The notes beneath the pieces are model-generated. The model ran no database searches and had not been told where the DNA came from. It was given only the letters and a program-made list of their open reading frames with translations. DNA of 64,000 bases. It comes from Malacoraja senta. Lineage: Eukaryota. The stretch lies in assembly GCA_038087875.1 (NCBI GenBank), contig JAXLNO010003982.1, positions 1 to 64,000 on the forward strand, given 5' to 3'. Positions 12,101 to 24,109 of this stretch are shown here, one piece after another. Numbering within the stretch: the stretch's first letter is position 1; the number at the start of each line of letters is the position of its first letter. A program made the translations under genes and the position numbers.

Positions 12101-12599
12101 CTACAGGCGAAATGTGGTGCTGGAGAAGGAACAATCCTATCATTCTCGTATACACGTTGACATGCTGCACCGAGGATACGTGGAGGTTACAATGTGCCTA
12201 CTAGAAGGGGACAACAACTGCCGGTGGCAAACCCCGAGGTTAGGGGGCTTGGTCTGGTAAGAAACACAACAAATGTTTCACACTCACAAATAGGGGGAAG
12301 GTTACGATTCTTCCTAAAAGAATGGCAATCAATAACAAATGATTCATTTATTCTATGTAGCATTGTTGGATTCAAAATTGAGTTCTCTCCACTTTTGGAT
12401 CCTCCAATTCAGCATAATTCAAACTGGTCACAGATTTTTTTCAAAGGAAGAGAATGGGTAGATCAAAGGAGAATTGAAAAATGTTATGCAGAAAAGGATG
12501 ATATAAATGTCAGTAGAACAACACCATCAGTTTGTGTCAAATATTCTCCTAGGAATATTCTCCTAGAAAAGGGATGGTGGACGTAGAATCATTTCCGAT

Positions 12600-13707
12600 C
12601 TGACAAATCTTAACCTTTATGTACAATAGAAACATTTCAAAATGGAAACATTTACTAATGCCATTTAGCTAGTCACAAAGAATTGCTACAAGGCAAGCAT
12701 AGATCTGCAAAATGCATATTATTCTGTGGCAATGCATGGTAATGATCAAAGATATTTGAAATTTAGATGGATGAGTCAGTTATGGCAATTTAAAGCATTG
12801 CCCAATGGTCTGATTTCAGCACCAAGATTATTCACTAAATTGCTCAAACCAATTTTAGCTCTGTTAAGAGCTGAGGGCCATGTATTAATGGCTTATTTAG
12901 ATGATATCCTCATTGTAGGGGACACTTTGGCTGCTGCAAAATTGTCAGTATCCAGTCAAATACATTTTGAGAAATTAGGTTTCATTATTCACCTACAAAA
13001 ATCTAAATTGTTACCAAGCAAAAAGATTGATTACCTAGGGTTCACAATTAACTCCGAACACATGGTAATCACTTTGCCAAAAGATAAAAAGCTGCAGTTA
13101 ATTGAAGGTTGCATAAAACTCATTAACGAGGACACATCTTCAATTAGAGAAGTGGCAAGCTTGCTAGGCAAATTCATTGCAGGGTTTCCAGCGGTCACGT
13201 TTGGACCATTGCATTATCAATGTTTACAGAGAGCTAAGGTACAAGCGTTAAAAATGAATAGAGGGCATTTTGATAGGCCCATGAAATTAACAATTCAATC
13301 CATTACGGAAATAGAATGGTGGATTAACAATGTTTCTAATGCTTCCAGAAAAGTTCTGGTAGAAACACCTTCCGTCACTCGACAGACTGATGTAAGTGTG
13401 CTGAGTTGGGGCGCTACTAACATGATTTTCCAGCTGTGGAGGTAGGTGGAATGTGAATGAAGTACCTTTGCTGGAAAAACTGGGAATCAATTACCTAGAG
13501 CTATTAGGCGCATTTTACGGCCTTAGAGCTTATTGCACTGATATGGGAAATGTGCATGTTCAGGTACAGGTTGACAATACTACAGCTGTAGCATACATAA
13601 ATCACATGGGTGGTATAAAATCAGAATCATGTGATAAATTGGCAAATGAAATTTGGACCTGGGGTATTGCCAGAAAAATGTGGCTGTCAGCAATATTTAC
13701 CAGGTAA
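12600..13707 (+). pseudogene. DIRS RT/RNase H
   Basis: KHFKME, SIDLQNAYYSV, LPNGLISAPRLFTKLLKP, YLDD and INYLELLGAFYGL...VDNTTAVAYINHMGG, split by frameshifts. Confidence 0.93.
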
Positions 13708-14126
13708 AAATTAATACAATTGCAGACAAAAGATCACATAAATTTAATGATAATACAGAATGGATGTTAAATCGGAAAATATTCACACAAATTATCACAC
13801 AATTTGGAATGCCAGAAATTGATCTGTTTGCATCAAGATTGAACCACCAGTTGCCTAAGTATGTGTCATGGGAACCTGATCCTGGTGCAGTAGTGGTGGA
13901 TGCTTTCTCGCTACATTGGGGTGGTATGTTTCTGTATGCGTTTCCACCATTTTGTTTAATCCACAAATGCATACAGAAAATTAAACAAGATTCAGCCTCA
14001 GGGATTTTGGTAGTACCAGATTGGCCTACACAGGTGTGGTACCCACTGGTGTTAAAAATGGGGGGAAAAAACCCAAAACCCTTATGGTTATTCCAAAGCA
14101 GATTAAACTGCTTGTACACCCTGTGA
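13653..14126 (+). pseudogene. DIRS adenine-methyltransferase-like domain
   Basis: PEIDLFASRLNHQLPKYVSW..DAF..W..LYAFPPF..LVVPDWPTQVWYP, the MT-like domain found after RNase H in DIRS1-like elements. Confidence 0.85.
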
Positions 14127-14169
14127 CTAATGAATCACATCCTTTACATAATCGTATTGGTTTGTTGAT

Positions 14170-15160
14170 TTGCAGATTCTAAGAAGGCCATATCTTGGAA
14201 AAGGATTATCAGACCGTACGGTGGATGTTATGACAGCAGCCTGGAGGAATAGTACCCAGAAGCAGTACATTTCATATATAAAGAAATGGGAGGTGTTTTG
14301 TTCAGTAAAGAATATTGCATATAACACAGCAGAAATTTCAGATGTAATAGAGTTTCTTTCAACTCTACACTATGAATTGAAATTAAGTTATAGTGCAATT
14401 AATACTGCACGAAGTGCACTCTCTGCATATTTAAGCAGTGAATCAGAACAAACTCCAATTGGAGCACATCCTTGGGTCTGTAGGTTTATGAAAGGAATTT
14501 TCAACTCTAATCCTCCCAGACCCAGGTATACAGAAATTTGGAATGTAAAAGATGTACTGATGTTCCTAAGGAATTGGAATCCAGTTGAAACTCTGTCATT
14601 ATCCAAAATTACCATGAAATTGGTTATGCTCATGGCATTAGTTTCAGCACAGAGAGTTCACACATTACAGAAACTCAGAATTGATAGAATGAAAGTAGGG
14701 CAAAATGCCGTGACATTCTATGTCTATGATTTACTGAAGCAAAGTAGACCTGGGTTCACAGGATGCAAGTTGGAATTTTTAGCATATCCTACAGATTCAC
14801 GACTGTGTGTAGTAACATATGTGAAATGTTACATAGAAACAACAAAAGTTTTAAGAGGCGCCGAATTGGCATTTTTTATTAGTCATAAAAAGCCTCATAA
14901 GAAAGTGTCAACACAAACAATTTCACGATGGTTGAAACAGGTGTTGAGATATTCAGGTATTGATACTGATAAATTTAAATCTCATTCCACCAGGGCGGCA
15001 TCAACATCAGCGGCCAGGGATTCAGACAATAGACCTTATTCTCGCGGCCGCAGGATGGGCAAGTGAACAGATGTTTCACAAGTATTACCACAAGGAGATT
15101 AAAGATCTCAGAGGGTTTGGTGATGCCGTGCGGGATACAGTATTAAATCCCCCATTATAA
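14170..15160 (+). pseudogene. DIRS tyrosine recombinase
   Basis: SYSAINTARSALS, LALVSAQRV, HSTRAASTS, then ILAAAGWASEQMFHKYY after a frameshift near 15030. Confidence 0.93.
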
Positions 15161-15992
15161 TAAATGGGCCTAATTTTGTTACTTTTATTAAAATAAATAA
15201 AACCATTAACTGATTACATTCAAATGTTGTGGTTATGCATTGTTGATTGTGCTTACTCAAATAGAGTCAATCGATGCAGTGAACCCCTGGATTTGAATCC
15301 ACGGTGTGAAATCACAGAGCTTTGAAATCTTCACGTAGTCACTCACGTGACTCCGAAGTAAAATAGTAAGATTAAACAAGAACTTACCAAGTTTGAAGCT
15401 TGATCTTTATTTTATGAGGAGTAACGTTGAGGGATTACGTGCCCTCCGCTCCCACCCTCATAAAAGGATCAAGCTGGTAGTTCTAAGTCTTTATGCATCT
15501 TACTATCATACTTCAGTAATTATCGTCTGTGATTGTCACTCCGCTGCTTTGAAAGATTGACGCGTGTGCGGCTGGACGGGGCTTCTTCACGTAATCCCTC
15601 AACGTTACTCCTCATAAAATAAAGATCAAACTTCAAACTTGGTAAGTTCTCGTTTAATCTTACTATTCCACCTGCCACATACCAGCCTCTGCCCCATTCC
15701 TCCTTCAAACTGTTAGAATCTTCCCATCCTCTCCTTCAATTCTAATGCAGTGCCTTGCCTTGAAATGTTGGTATATGTCATTTGCCTCCACAGATGCTGT
15801 TTGACCAAGTACTTCCACTGGCCTTTCTTTAGTCTAAAATTCTTGTTGGAAATAACCACAAAGTCTTACTCTATCTATAATTGAAACCATTTAATTGGTG
15901 CTTAGAGAGCTTTCTAAAATCATGAGGGTGATTGATCAGGATTTATTTTACCCAGGGTAGGGTAATCAAGAACCAGCAAAAACAGGTTTAAG

Positions 15993-16630
15993 CAGTGTTC
16001 AATGCTAATTTTTTAGGTGTCGGAGCTGTCAAACAGGGGCATTTCAGATTTTGCTGGGGGGGGGGGGGGGCAAGCTAGTTTCCCTAGAGGGTCAAACAAG
16101 ATTATAGCCTATTACTACATCCCAGTGTATAGCTAGTACTTTAAAACATATAATACTTAATTTAATTATGACAAAATATTGCACGGTTGCACTCACTGAT
16201 TATCATGAAATATAATTATGAAGCAAGTAAAGAAAAAGACTGTTATCATGTATTTTTAGAGGTGCCGGCAAGACACCGACTCGCCCTGACTATCCCACAG
16301 CTCTGGGCCTTCACACACACACACACACTCTCACCCTCACACCCATTCACCTACACACCCACCCACTCATCCACCCACCAGAGTTCCACTCTCAGCTCCA
16401 GGCCCACAACCACAAACGATGCACACATCACATGGTCTGTCTCTGCTGCATCATAGTGTTCCCCTCCTCCTACAGGGAACCTCAGTAGTGATGGATCTTC
16501 CCCTTACCCCTCTTTTAATCAGGTTACCCCGACCACACATCCGCTAGTTAAAATTCCACCCTGTTTATTTTTTCTTTAACAGAGGTGCCGGATCGGTGCT
16601 CAGGTGAGCTCCGGCAGCACTGCACCCCTG
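15993..16630. mobile_element. Non-autonomous hAT-type element (MITE)
   Basis: Imperfect CAG-starting TIRs (CAGTGTTC / GCACCCCTG) and an exact 8-bp TSD GGTTTAAG. It sits inside a CR1 3' fragment. Confidence 0.85.
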
Positions 16631-17779
16631 GGTTTAAGGTGAGGAGGAAGATTTAGTAGGAACCTGAGAGGCAACCTTTTCTACTAAGAGGTTACTGGGT
16701 GTATGGAATGAGCTGCCAGCGAAGGCAGAATAACAACATTGAAAAGACACTTGGACAGGTACATGGATAGAACATGTTGAGAGGAATGTGGGCCAAACGC
16801 TGGCAAATGTGACTAACCTAAATGTAGCATCTTGTTCAGCTTGGAGCATTAAGCTGAAGTACCTACTTCCATGCTATATGGCTCTATGACTCTTTGTTAG
16901 ATGAACATAAACAGGGCAAATGGAGTTTAATAATGGAAAATATGTGCTCACACACTCTGGTAAGAGCAATTCAAAGGAAGCTATTATCTAAATGGAGTGA
17001 AATTGCAAATGAGTGGAGTACAAGAGATTCAAGTGCTTAAAGTGCAAAACAAAAAGCCAGCAGGTAGATGCAGCACACAACTCAGAAGGTGATTAGCATT
17101 CAAAGGTAGGTTACTATTGTAATTATGGTACATGATGTTGCTAAGGACATATCAGGAGCACTGTGCACAGCTTGGTCCTCAAATTTAAGAAAGGATATAT
17201 TAATATTGGATATCAGCTAGAAGAGATTTCTGGAATAAGCAAGTGTTACCTAACCATGAATGGCTGAAATCACTGGTTCTGTGTCCCTTGGAGCTGACAA
17301 GAAACAGAGTTAACCTTATGAATGTATTAAAGAGGCATGATGTGGTGGTGAATTGATGGATAATGCATGGATATATTCTAAAAGACCAGGGAATTGTGTC
17401 TTATGTGGAATAAGCACAGTAAAGGAGTTGAGGCCTCAGTCATATCAGTTGTTATCAACATAAATTGCTAGATAGCTCTAATTTGTACAAATGCAGGGCA
17501 GTCTATTGAGAATTTCTGTCATGTTTGATAAACTTAATTTAACTCTTTCCATTTATTTCAGTTCCTGCATTTTAATCACATCCATGAAATCTTCTACTCA
17601 GCGATTGGTTAGCAGTGCACGTTCTGCTTTGGTTGAATATTTTGATAATCTGAGGAGGGAAATTAAATATTAGACAACAAAGAAATGGCATAGCAGAGAA
17701 CAGAACTCAGAAAGATGCAACTAGTTTATTCGCTTTAACTGTTGATTCATCCCACATAACATCTTCCTTCCAGATATAA

Positions 17780-18290
17780 AGGCACAGCGCCAGACACCTG
17801 GGTTTGATCCTGACCACGGGTGATGTCTGTACGGAATTTGTACCTTCTCCCTGTGACTGCATAGGTTTTCTCCAGGTGCTCCAGCTTCCTCCCACATTCC
17901 AAAGACAGATGTGCAGGTTTGTAGGTTAATTGACTTGTGTTCCTAGCTTATGTGGGTGATCGTTGGTTGGTGCGGCCTCAGTGGGGCCGAAGTGTCTGTT
18001 TCAATGCTCTCTCTCTAAACTAAACAAAAAACTCAATACTCCTTCAAATAGTTTCGTTCACACAAGTTCTATGTTATCTAACTTTCGCTTCCACACTAGG
18101 GTCAAATTACAGAGACCAATTAACCCATAAACCTGGCATCTTTAGTATGTGTGTGAAAACTGGAGGACAGTGGAAACCCATGCGGTCATAGGGAATACAT
18201 GCAAACTTCACACAGCCGACAAGCGAGGTTAGGATTGAACTGATGTGTATGACGCACTGAGGCAGCAGCTCTATCAGCAGCGCCACTCTG
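17780..18290. mobile_element. Two V-SINEs in tail-to-tail orientation
   Basis: Plus copy about 17780-18025 (CACCTGGGTTTGATCC...CTAAACTAAA). Minus copy about 18050-18290. Confidence 0.7.
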
Positions 18291-18979
18291 CCTCAGGTTG
18301 CGTCATGTTCAGCACAAACGTTGTTGGACAAAGGACCTGTTCCTCTATTACAGGGGCATTCCCATTCACCGTAAAATTCAGCGAACTCAGCACCATTGGG
18401 TCACTGGAAATATTCCCTGCCTGACCATCAGATCCCTCCAGATCAGTCGGACAGACACCAGTTAGGCAGCATCTGCCTGCAAATGATTCATGTCCCTCAA
18501 ACCCCTGCATCTCCATGCACCCACGAAGGTGCACCCCAGACGCCACCATCCCTGGCAGTGCTTTCCAGGCACACACCACATAGTATGTAATAAAAACTTG
18601 CCCTTTTAAAAACTGCAGCTTCTACCCTGCACTGAATATAATGCAATAATTTAAATGCCATAGTAGGCATTTAGTTAATTGGGATAATTTTAGTCAATTG
18701 GGTGGTGTGATTGCAAATCTTGTACAATATCATAAACCAAGTAAAATGTGACAAAGTCAAAATGGCCAGGCACAAAGAACAGAATAATCATGAACATCAA
18801 TAACATGTCAATAACTAGACTCTCCTTGTGTAAGGCAGCATGCTGTAAGGTTGCAAACTCGTTTGCTCCCTTAACTTTTAACTTCCACTGACCACTCTTT
18901 CAATGTTACTGGTGACTATTTGATTTCAAGACACCGTCTAACTGTTCATAAAGTGTTGATAACACATTTACACGCCTTA

Positions 18980-21900
18980 ATCGTGAAAAGCATGGAGACA
19001 AGAAGGAAAGGAGGATCCCCAAAGAAGGAACTGGGGAAAGCCACAACCACAGCTGTAGCTTCTGATTCCAGCATCATAGAAGCAATATCGAAAATGAACG
19101 ATGAATTGAAAAATGAGCTGAAAAATGAAACGAAAACAAGATTTGGCAGTTTGGAAGAAATGGTGAAAGGAGTTGACCAAATTGAAGGAAGTCCAAGGAA
19201 AACTGTTTTTGTTACAAGATGAACTTCGTGAACAAAAGGATCAAATTGATATCTTGCGCACCCTGGGACAGGAGAGAGATTTGAAATTTGAAAAATTGGA
19301 ACGGAGAATGAATGAAAACACTTGAGAACTTCAGCAATACAAGTCTAAAAATATGGACTTAGAATACAGAAGCCGTCGTTTGAATTGATGAATTGTTGGT
19401 TTGCCGGAAGGCCAAGGAGGAGATAACGTTATAAAATATGCTTCTAAAATGATAAAGGAAACATTCAACATTGAGCACAATGAAAACCTTCTGTTCCTGG
19501 ATAAGGCACACAGGATTGGGAAGAAATCCGGTAATAAACCGAGACACTTGATCATTCGGTTTCATTTTTTTCAAATGAAGGAGAATATTCTCCAGGCAGC
19601 AAAAAAGTTTGGTGTGGTTGAATACGAAGGATGTAAGTTTCGGTTTGTCCCTGATTATAGTTACGAGCTTTTGGAAATAAGAAAGACTTTTTATAATGTA
19701 ATGTCTGATTTGTATAAGAAAAAACTGCGCCCAGCTCTATTATCACCAGCTAGATTGCGTATTCGGCTTTTCAATGGTAACTTTCGATTTTTTAACAGTC
19801 CTCAAGACGCCTCCAGCTGCGTCTGAAGAGCTACGACGAGGAAGGGGAGTAATTGATAGCTGATTAAGTTATAATTGGAGATTTACTGTTCCTCTTTTGA
19901 CAACATTTCGTTTGGTAATGATTAAGAATTTAACTGGACGAGTTGTTTTTCTTTTATATATATTCTTTTAAGAATTTCTTTGTTAATTCGTGTTCCCCTG
20001 TCGTTAGACAAACTAAGAGAACGCAGTTCTTGTTTTTCATATTTTGACCTTGGATAATAATAAGCAGCATTCCATGCCAGTCTGTATTTTTTTTTCTTCT
20101 CTCTCAAAGAGATAATAACGAATGTGTTATGACGTAGTGGTTAAATATTATTCATTTTATGCTGAGCGCTGTTACTGGGAGAGATGGGATCGGGGAGGGG
20201 ATTAGGTAGTTTGCTGACTGTCTTTTGGTCAGTTTGGGGTTCTACAGGGGTGGGAGGGGGGAGGGGGGAGGGGGAGGGGTCTTTTGTTCCCTATTTAGTG
20301 ATCTCCATTTGTGCAAATTCTGAACTACAAAATTGGCTGAAATGTCGTCACCTGGCTCCGCCCTAGATTTTTCTTCTTCCAGTATTATGAACTTTTAGGC
20401 TTCAAGAAATTAACCCATTACATCCCACATGATTTTTACAAGCAATATGGATAAAGTTCCTTTCATGGAATGTGAATGGCTTGAACCATCCCATTAAGAG
20501 GATTTTTTTTAAAAGTTCTTCACAGACTAAATGCTCAGATTATCTTTGTTCAGGAAACTCATGTAAGGCAAGATGACAAGTCACGATTTTTCAAGTTTTG
20601 GAGAGGACAGCAGTTTCATTCAAATTCACAGGCTAAGGGGAAAGGAGTCTCTATTTTTATCGACCCCTCATTTCCGTTTGTTCACCATGAAACAATTTCT
20701 GATCCATATAGCAGATTCTTGGTGATTACCGGTGTCCTTTATAGGCAAAAAGTCACTATGGTGAATGTCTATGCACCAAATATTGATCACCCTGAGTTTT
20801 TTAAACAGTTAATTGCATCCTTTCCTAACTTAAATGAACAATTTTTAATAATGGGTGGAGACTTCAATTGCTGTTTGAATCCCTCGATTGATACGTCTAC
20901 ATCTGATCATGTGCTTCCAAATAAATCAGCTAATTTTATTAATTCTTTTTTACTTGACTCGGGAATGTTAGAAATTTGGAGATTCTTACACGCAAATGAC
21001 AAAGAATTTTCATTTTTCTCCCATGTATATCATAATTATTCTAGGATCGACTATTTTATACTAGATTCTCGGCTAATTCCATTCGTCATTGCATGTGAGT
21101 ATGATGCAATTGCTATTTCTGATCATGCACCAGTGAAACTATTGATCAAACTACCTGATTCCAAGTTTAGTGCTAAACAATGGCGATTTAATGCTACTTT
21201 GCTTCAAGACTTAAACTTTATTAAGTTTATGAAAGATCAGATTGCTTTTTACTTCTTGACAAACTCTAATGAAGAGATATCGAATGATATAGTTTGGGAT
21301 GCTTTTAAGGCATATATTCATGGACAAATTATTTCATACTCCGCGGGATTAAAAAAACAAACACAAAAAGAAATACGCACATTGGCTGACGAGATTAAAG
21401 AAATTGATAAAAAATATTCAAAAGCTCCTAGTTTAGAGCTCTATAAGAATAGTTGAACTTCAATTGAGATATGATTTGTTATTAGTATCACCGATTGAGA
21501 ACCAGTTACTTAAAACCAAAAGTAAATTTTATATAAATGGCAAAAATCTGGTAAATTACTTACTAATCAATTGAAAGCAGTGTCGGCCAAGAGTCAGATT
21601 ACTAAAGTGAGTAAACGGGATGGTACAGTAACTGTAGACCATGACGAAATTAATAAATCCTTTCAGGAATTTTATACCTCCCTATACCAATCAGATTTTC
21701 CTACTGATTCCAATATAATGCATGAGTTTTTAAAGAAACTGAACTTACCAAATTTACCATACAATGAGTCTCTGTTGTTAGATGAACCCATCACGGAAGA
21801 AGAAATACAGAGAGCAATTTTTTCAATGAATTCTGGTAAAACACCCGGTTTAGATGGGTTTACAGTAGAATTTTTAAAGTATTTCTCAAATTTATTGTCT

Positions 21901-23763
21901 CCATGGCTATGCAAGGTATTTAAAGAAGCTTTTTTAAAGGAATAGATTACCACAATCTTTTTATGAAGCTTCTATTTCTTTAATTTAAAAAAAAGATAAA
22001 GACCCTACTGAAGTGACATCATATAGACCTATATCAATGTTAAATGTAGATTTTAAAATTCTTTCCAAAATATTAGCTATTAGATTGGAAAAGATTTTAC
22101 CGCAAATTATCTCTGAAGATCAGACAGGTTTTATTAAAAATCGTTACTCATTCTTTAATGTTAGGAGATTAATAAATATTGTACATACAGCGTCTAATAA
22201 AACCCCAGAATGTGTCATCTCACTTGATGCCGGGAAGGCTATTGATAGAGTAGAATGGAATACTTATTCAATATACTTGAAAAAGTTAAGATTGGTCCAA
22301 AATTTATCTCTTGGATCAAACTGATATATCTTATACCTCAGGCTTCTGTATTTACTAATAATCAGAGATCCCCTTTTTTCAGGCTCTTTCGAGGTACTAG
22401 ACAGGGCTGTCCCTTAAGACCTTTACTATTTCATATTGCTTTGGAAACTTTAGCCACTGCTATTAGGGAATCCCCTAATATTTTTGGTATTGTCCGTGGG
22501 AATAAGACACATAAGCTATCTCTTTATGCAGATGATCTGTTATTACTTATTTCTAACCCTGAGAAATCTATTCCGGCAATAGTAGCATTACTTAATCAAT
22601 TCAGTCGTTTTTCTGGTTATAAACTAAATCTTAGTAAGAGTGAGCTTTCCCATTATATAATTTTGTTTCGAGTTATGGACAGTTTCCATTTAGATTGACT
22701 ACCGAAAGTTTTACTTATTTAGGTATTAAGATCACCAAGAAACACAAGGATTTATTTAAAGCTAATTTTATTCCTTTAATTGACCATATTAAACATCAGT
22801 TCACTAAATGGTCACCAATGTCCTTATCCTTAATTGGCCGAATCAATGCTATTAAAATGCTCATTTTACCTAAATTTCTGTATTTATTTCAGACGATACC
22901 AATTTGTATTGCCAAATCTTTCTTTGATATTATAGACTCTAAAATTTCTTCATATATATGGCAGAATAAAAATGCCAGACTAGGTAAAAAATACCTACAG
23001 AAATCAAAAAAAGTTGGTGGTTTGGCAATGCCGAACCTTAGACTCTACTATTGGGCAGTCAATGTTCGTTATTTAACATTTTGGACAAAAGATTTAGAAG
23101 ATACCCAATGCCCTGGATGGATAAACCTAGAACGTGATTCCTTACAAGGGCTATAATTGGCTTCTATTCTAGGGACCTCGTTACCTTTTACAATTACGAG
23201 ATTGAATAAATATATGACGAACCCAATAATAAGACATACGTTCCGAATACGGTTTCAATTTCATAAGTTTTTTGGACTATCTGATTTTATCCAAATTTCT
23301 CTTCCAACCATCTAGTACTGATCAAGTTTTTTTGTTATGGAAGAGGAAGGGATTAGTAGCTTTTTGTGATTTGTTTTTGGAGGGTTGTTTTATGTCTTTC
23401 GAACAACTCTCCAATAACTTACCTAATTCACACTTTTTTAGATATTTACAAATTAGACAAAAGGAACTACCCCTTTTTCCGCTACCACATCAACCCGAAA
23501 TTTTTGATTTTTTTTTACAGTTGAACCCTTATCAGAAAGGATTAATAACGACTATTCATGAGTTGATTTCAAAATTACAAATAGATACATTTGATAAAAT
23601 TAATAATGACTGGGAAAGAGAACTCCAAATGTCTTTATCTATAGAGAAATGGGAGAGGATCCTTCAATTAGTTAATACCTCTTCAATGTGTGCAGACACG
23701 CTTTGATACAATTCAAGGTGGTTCACAGAGCTCATATGTCAAAAGATAAGTTAGCTCGTTTTT
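18980..23763 (+). mobile_element. Old L1 (L1-A), 5' part: ORF1, spacer and ORF2 EN/RT, degenerate
   Basis: ORF1 remnants IVGLPEG..AHRIG..PRHLIIRF..PARLRI (to 19826). EN motifs SWNVNG, GGDFN, YSRIDYF and SDHAP. RT motifs GTRQGCPL and LYADD. Confidence 0.92.
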
Positions 23764-24109
23764 TTTTTTTTGAAAATATTTTTTATTGGAGATAAGTAAA
23801 CAACCTATTAACATCATTACCAGTCTTACATTTTTGAATTGATAATATTGTCAATTATTATTACATTGTCTCCAATACCTTTTGCATTTTTTTGTTTTTT
23901 TTAAACTAGATAGAACTAAAAAGATAGATGAAGTAAAGAAAGAAAAGGGAGAGAAGAAAAGAGAAAGAAGGAAAAAAAACAAAAAAAAAAACAGAAAAGA
24001 AAAAGATAGTTAAAGAAGAATGGAAAAATTTATTAAAATAAAAAACTTCATTCGAGATATATTCGTACATTTCAGAGTATAGCATTTCATCCATTCTTTA
24101 GCCCGAGTG

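Larger units (their letters stand above)
10614..15666 (+). mobile_element. Full-length DIRS1-like tyrosine-recombinase retrotransposon (copy 1, degenerate ORFs)
   Basis: Left ITR 10614-10675, right ITR with extension 15558-15666, internal complementary region about 15326-15442. Gene order is gag-like, RT/RNase H, MT, YR. Confidence 0.95.
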
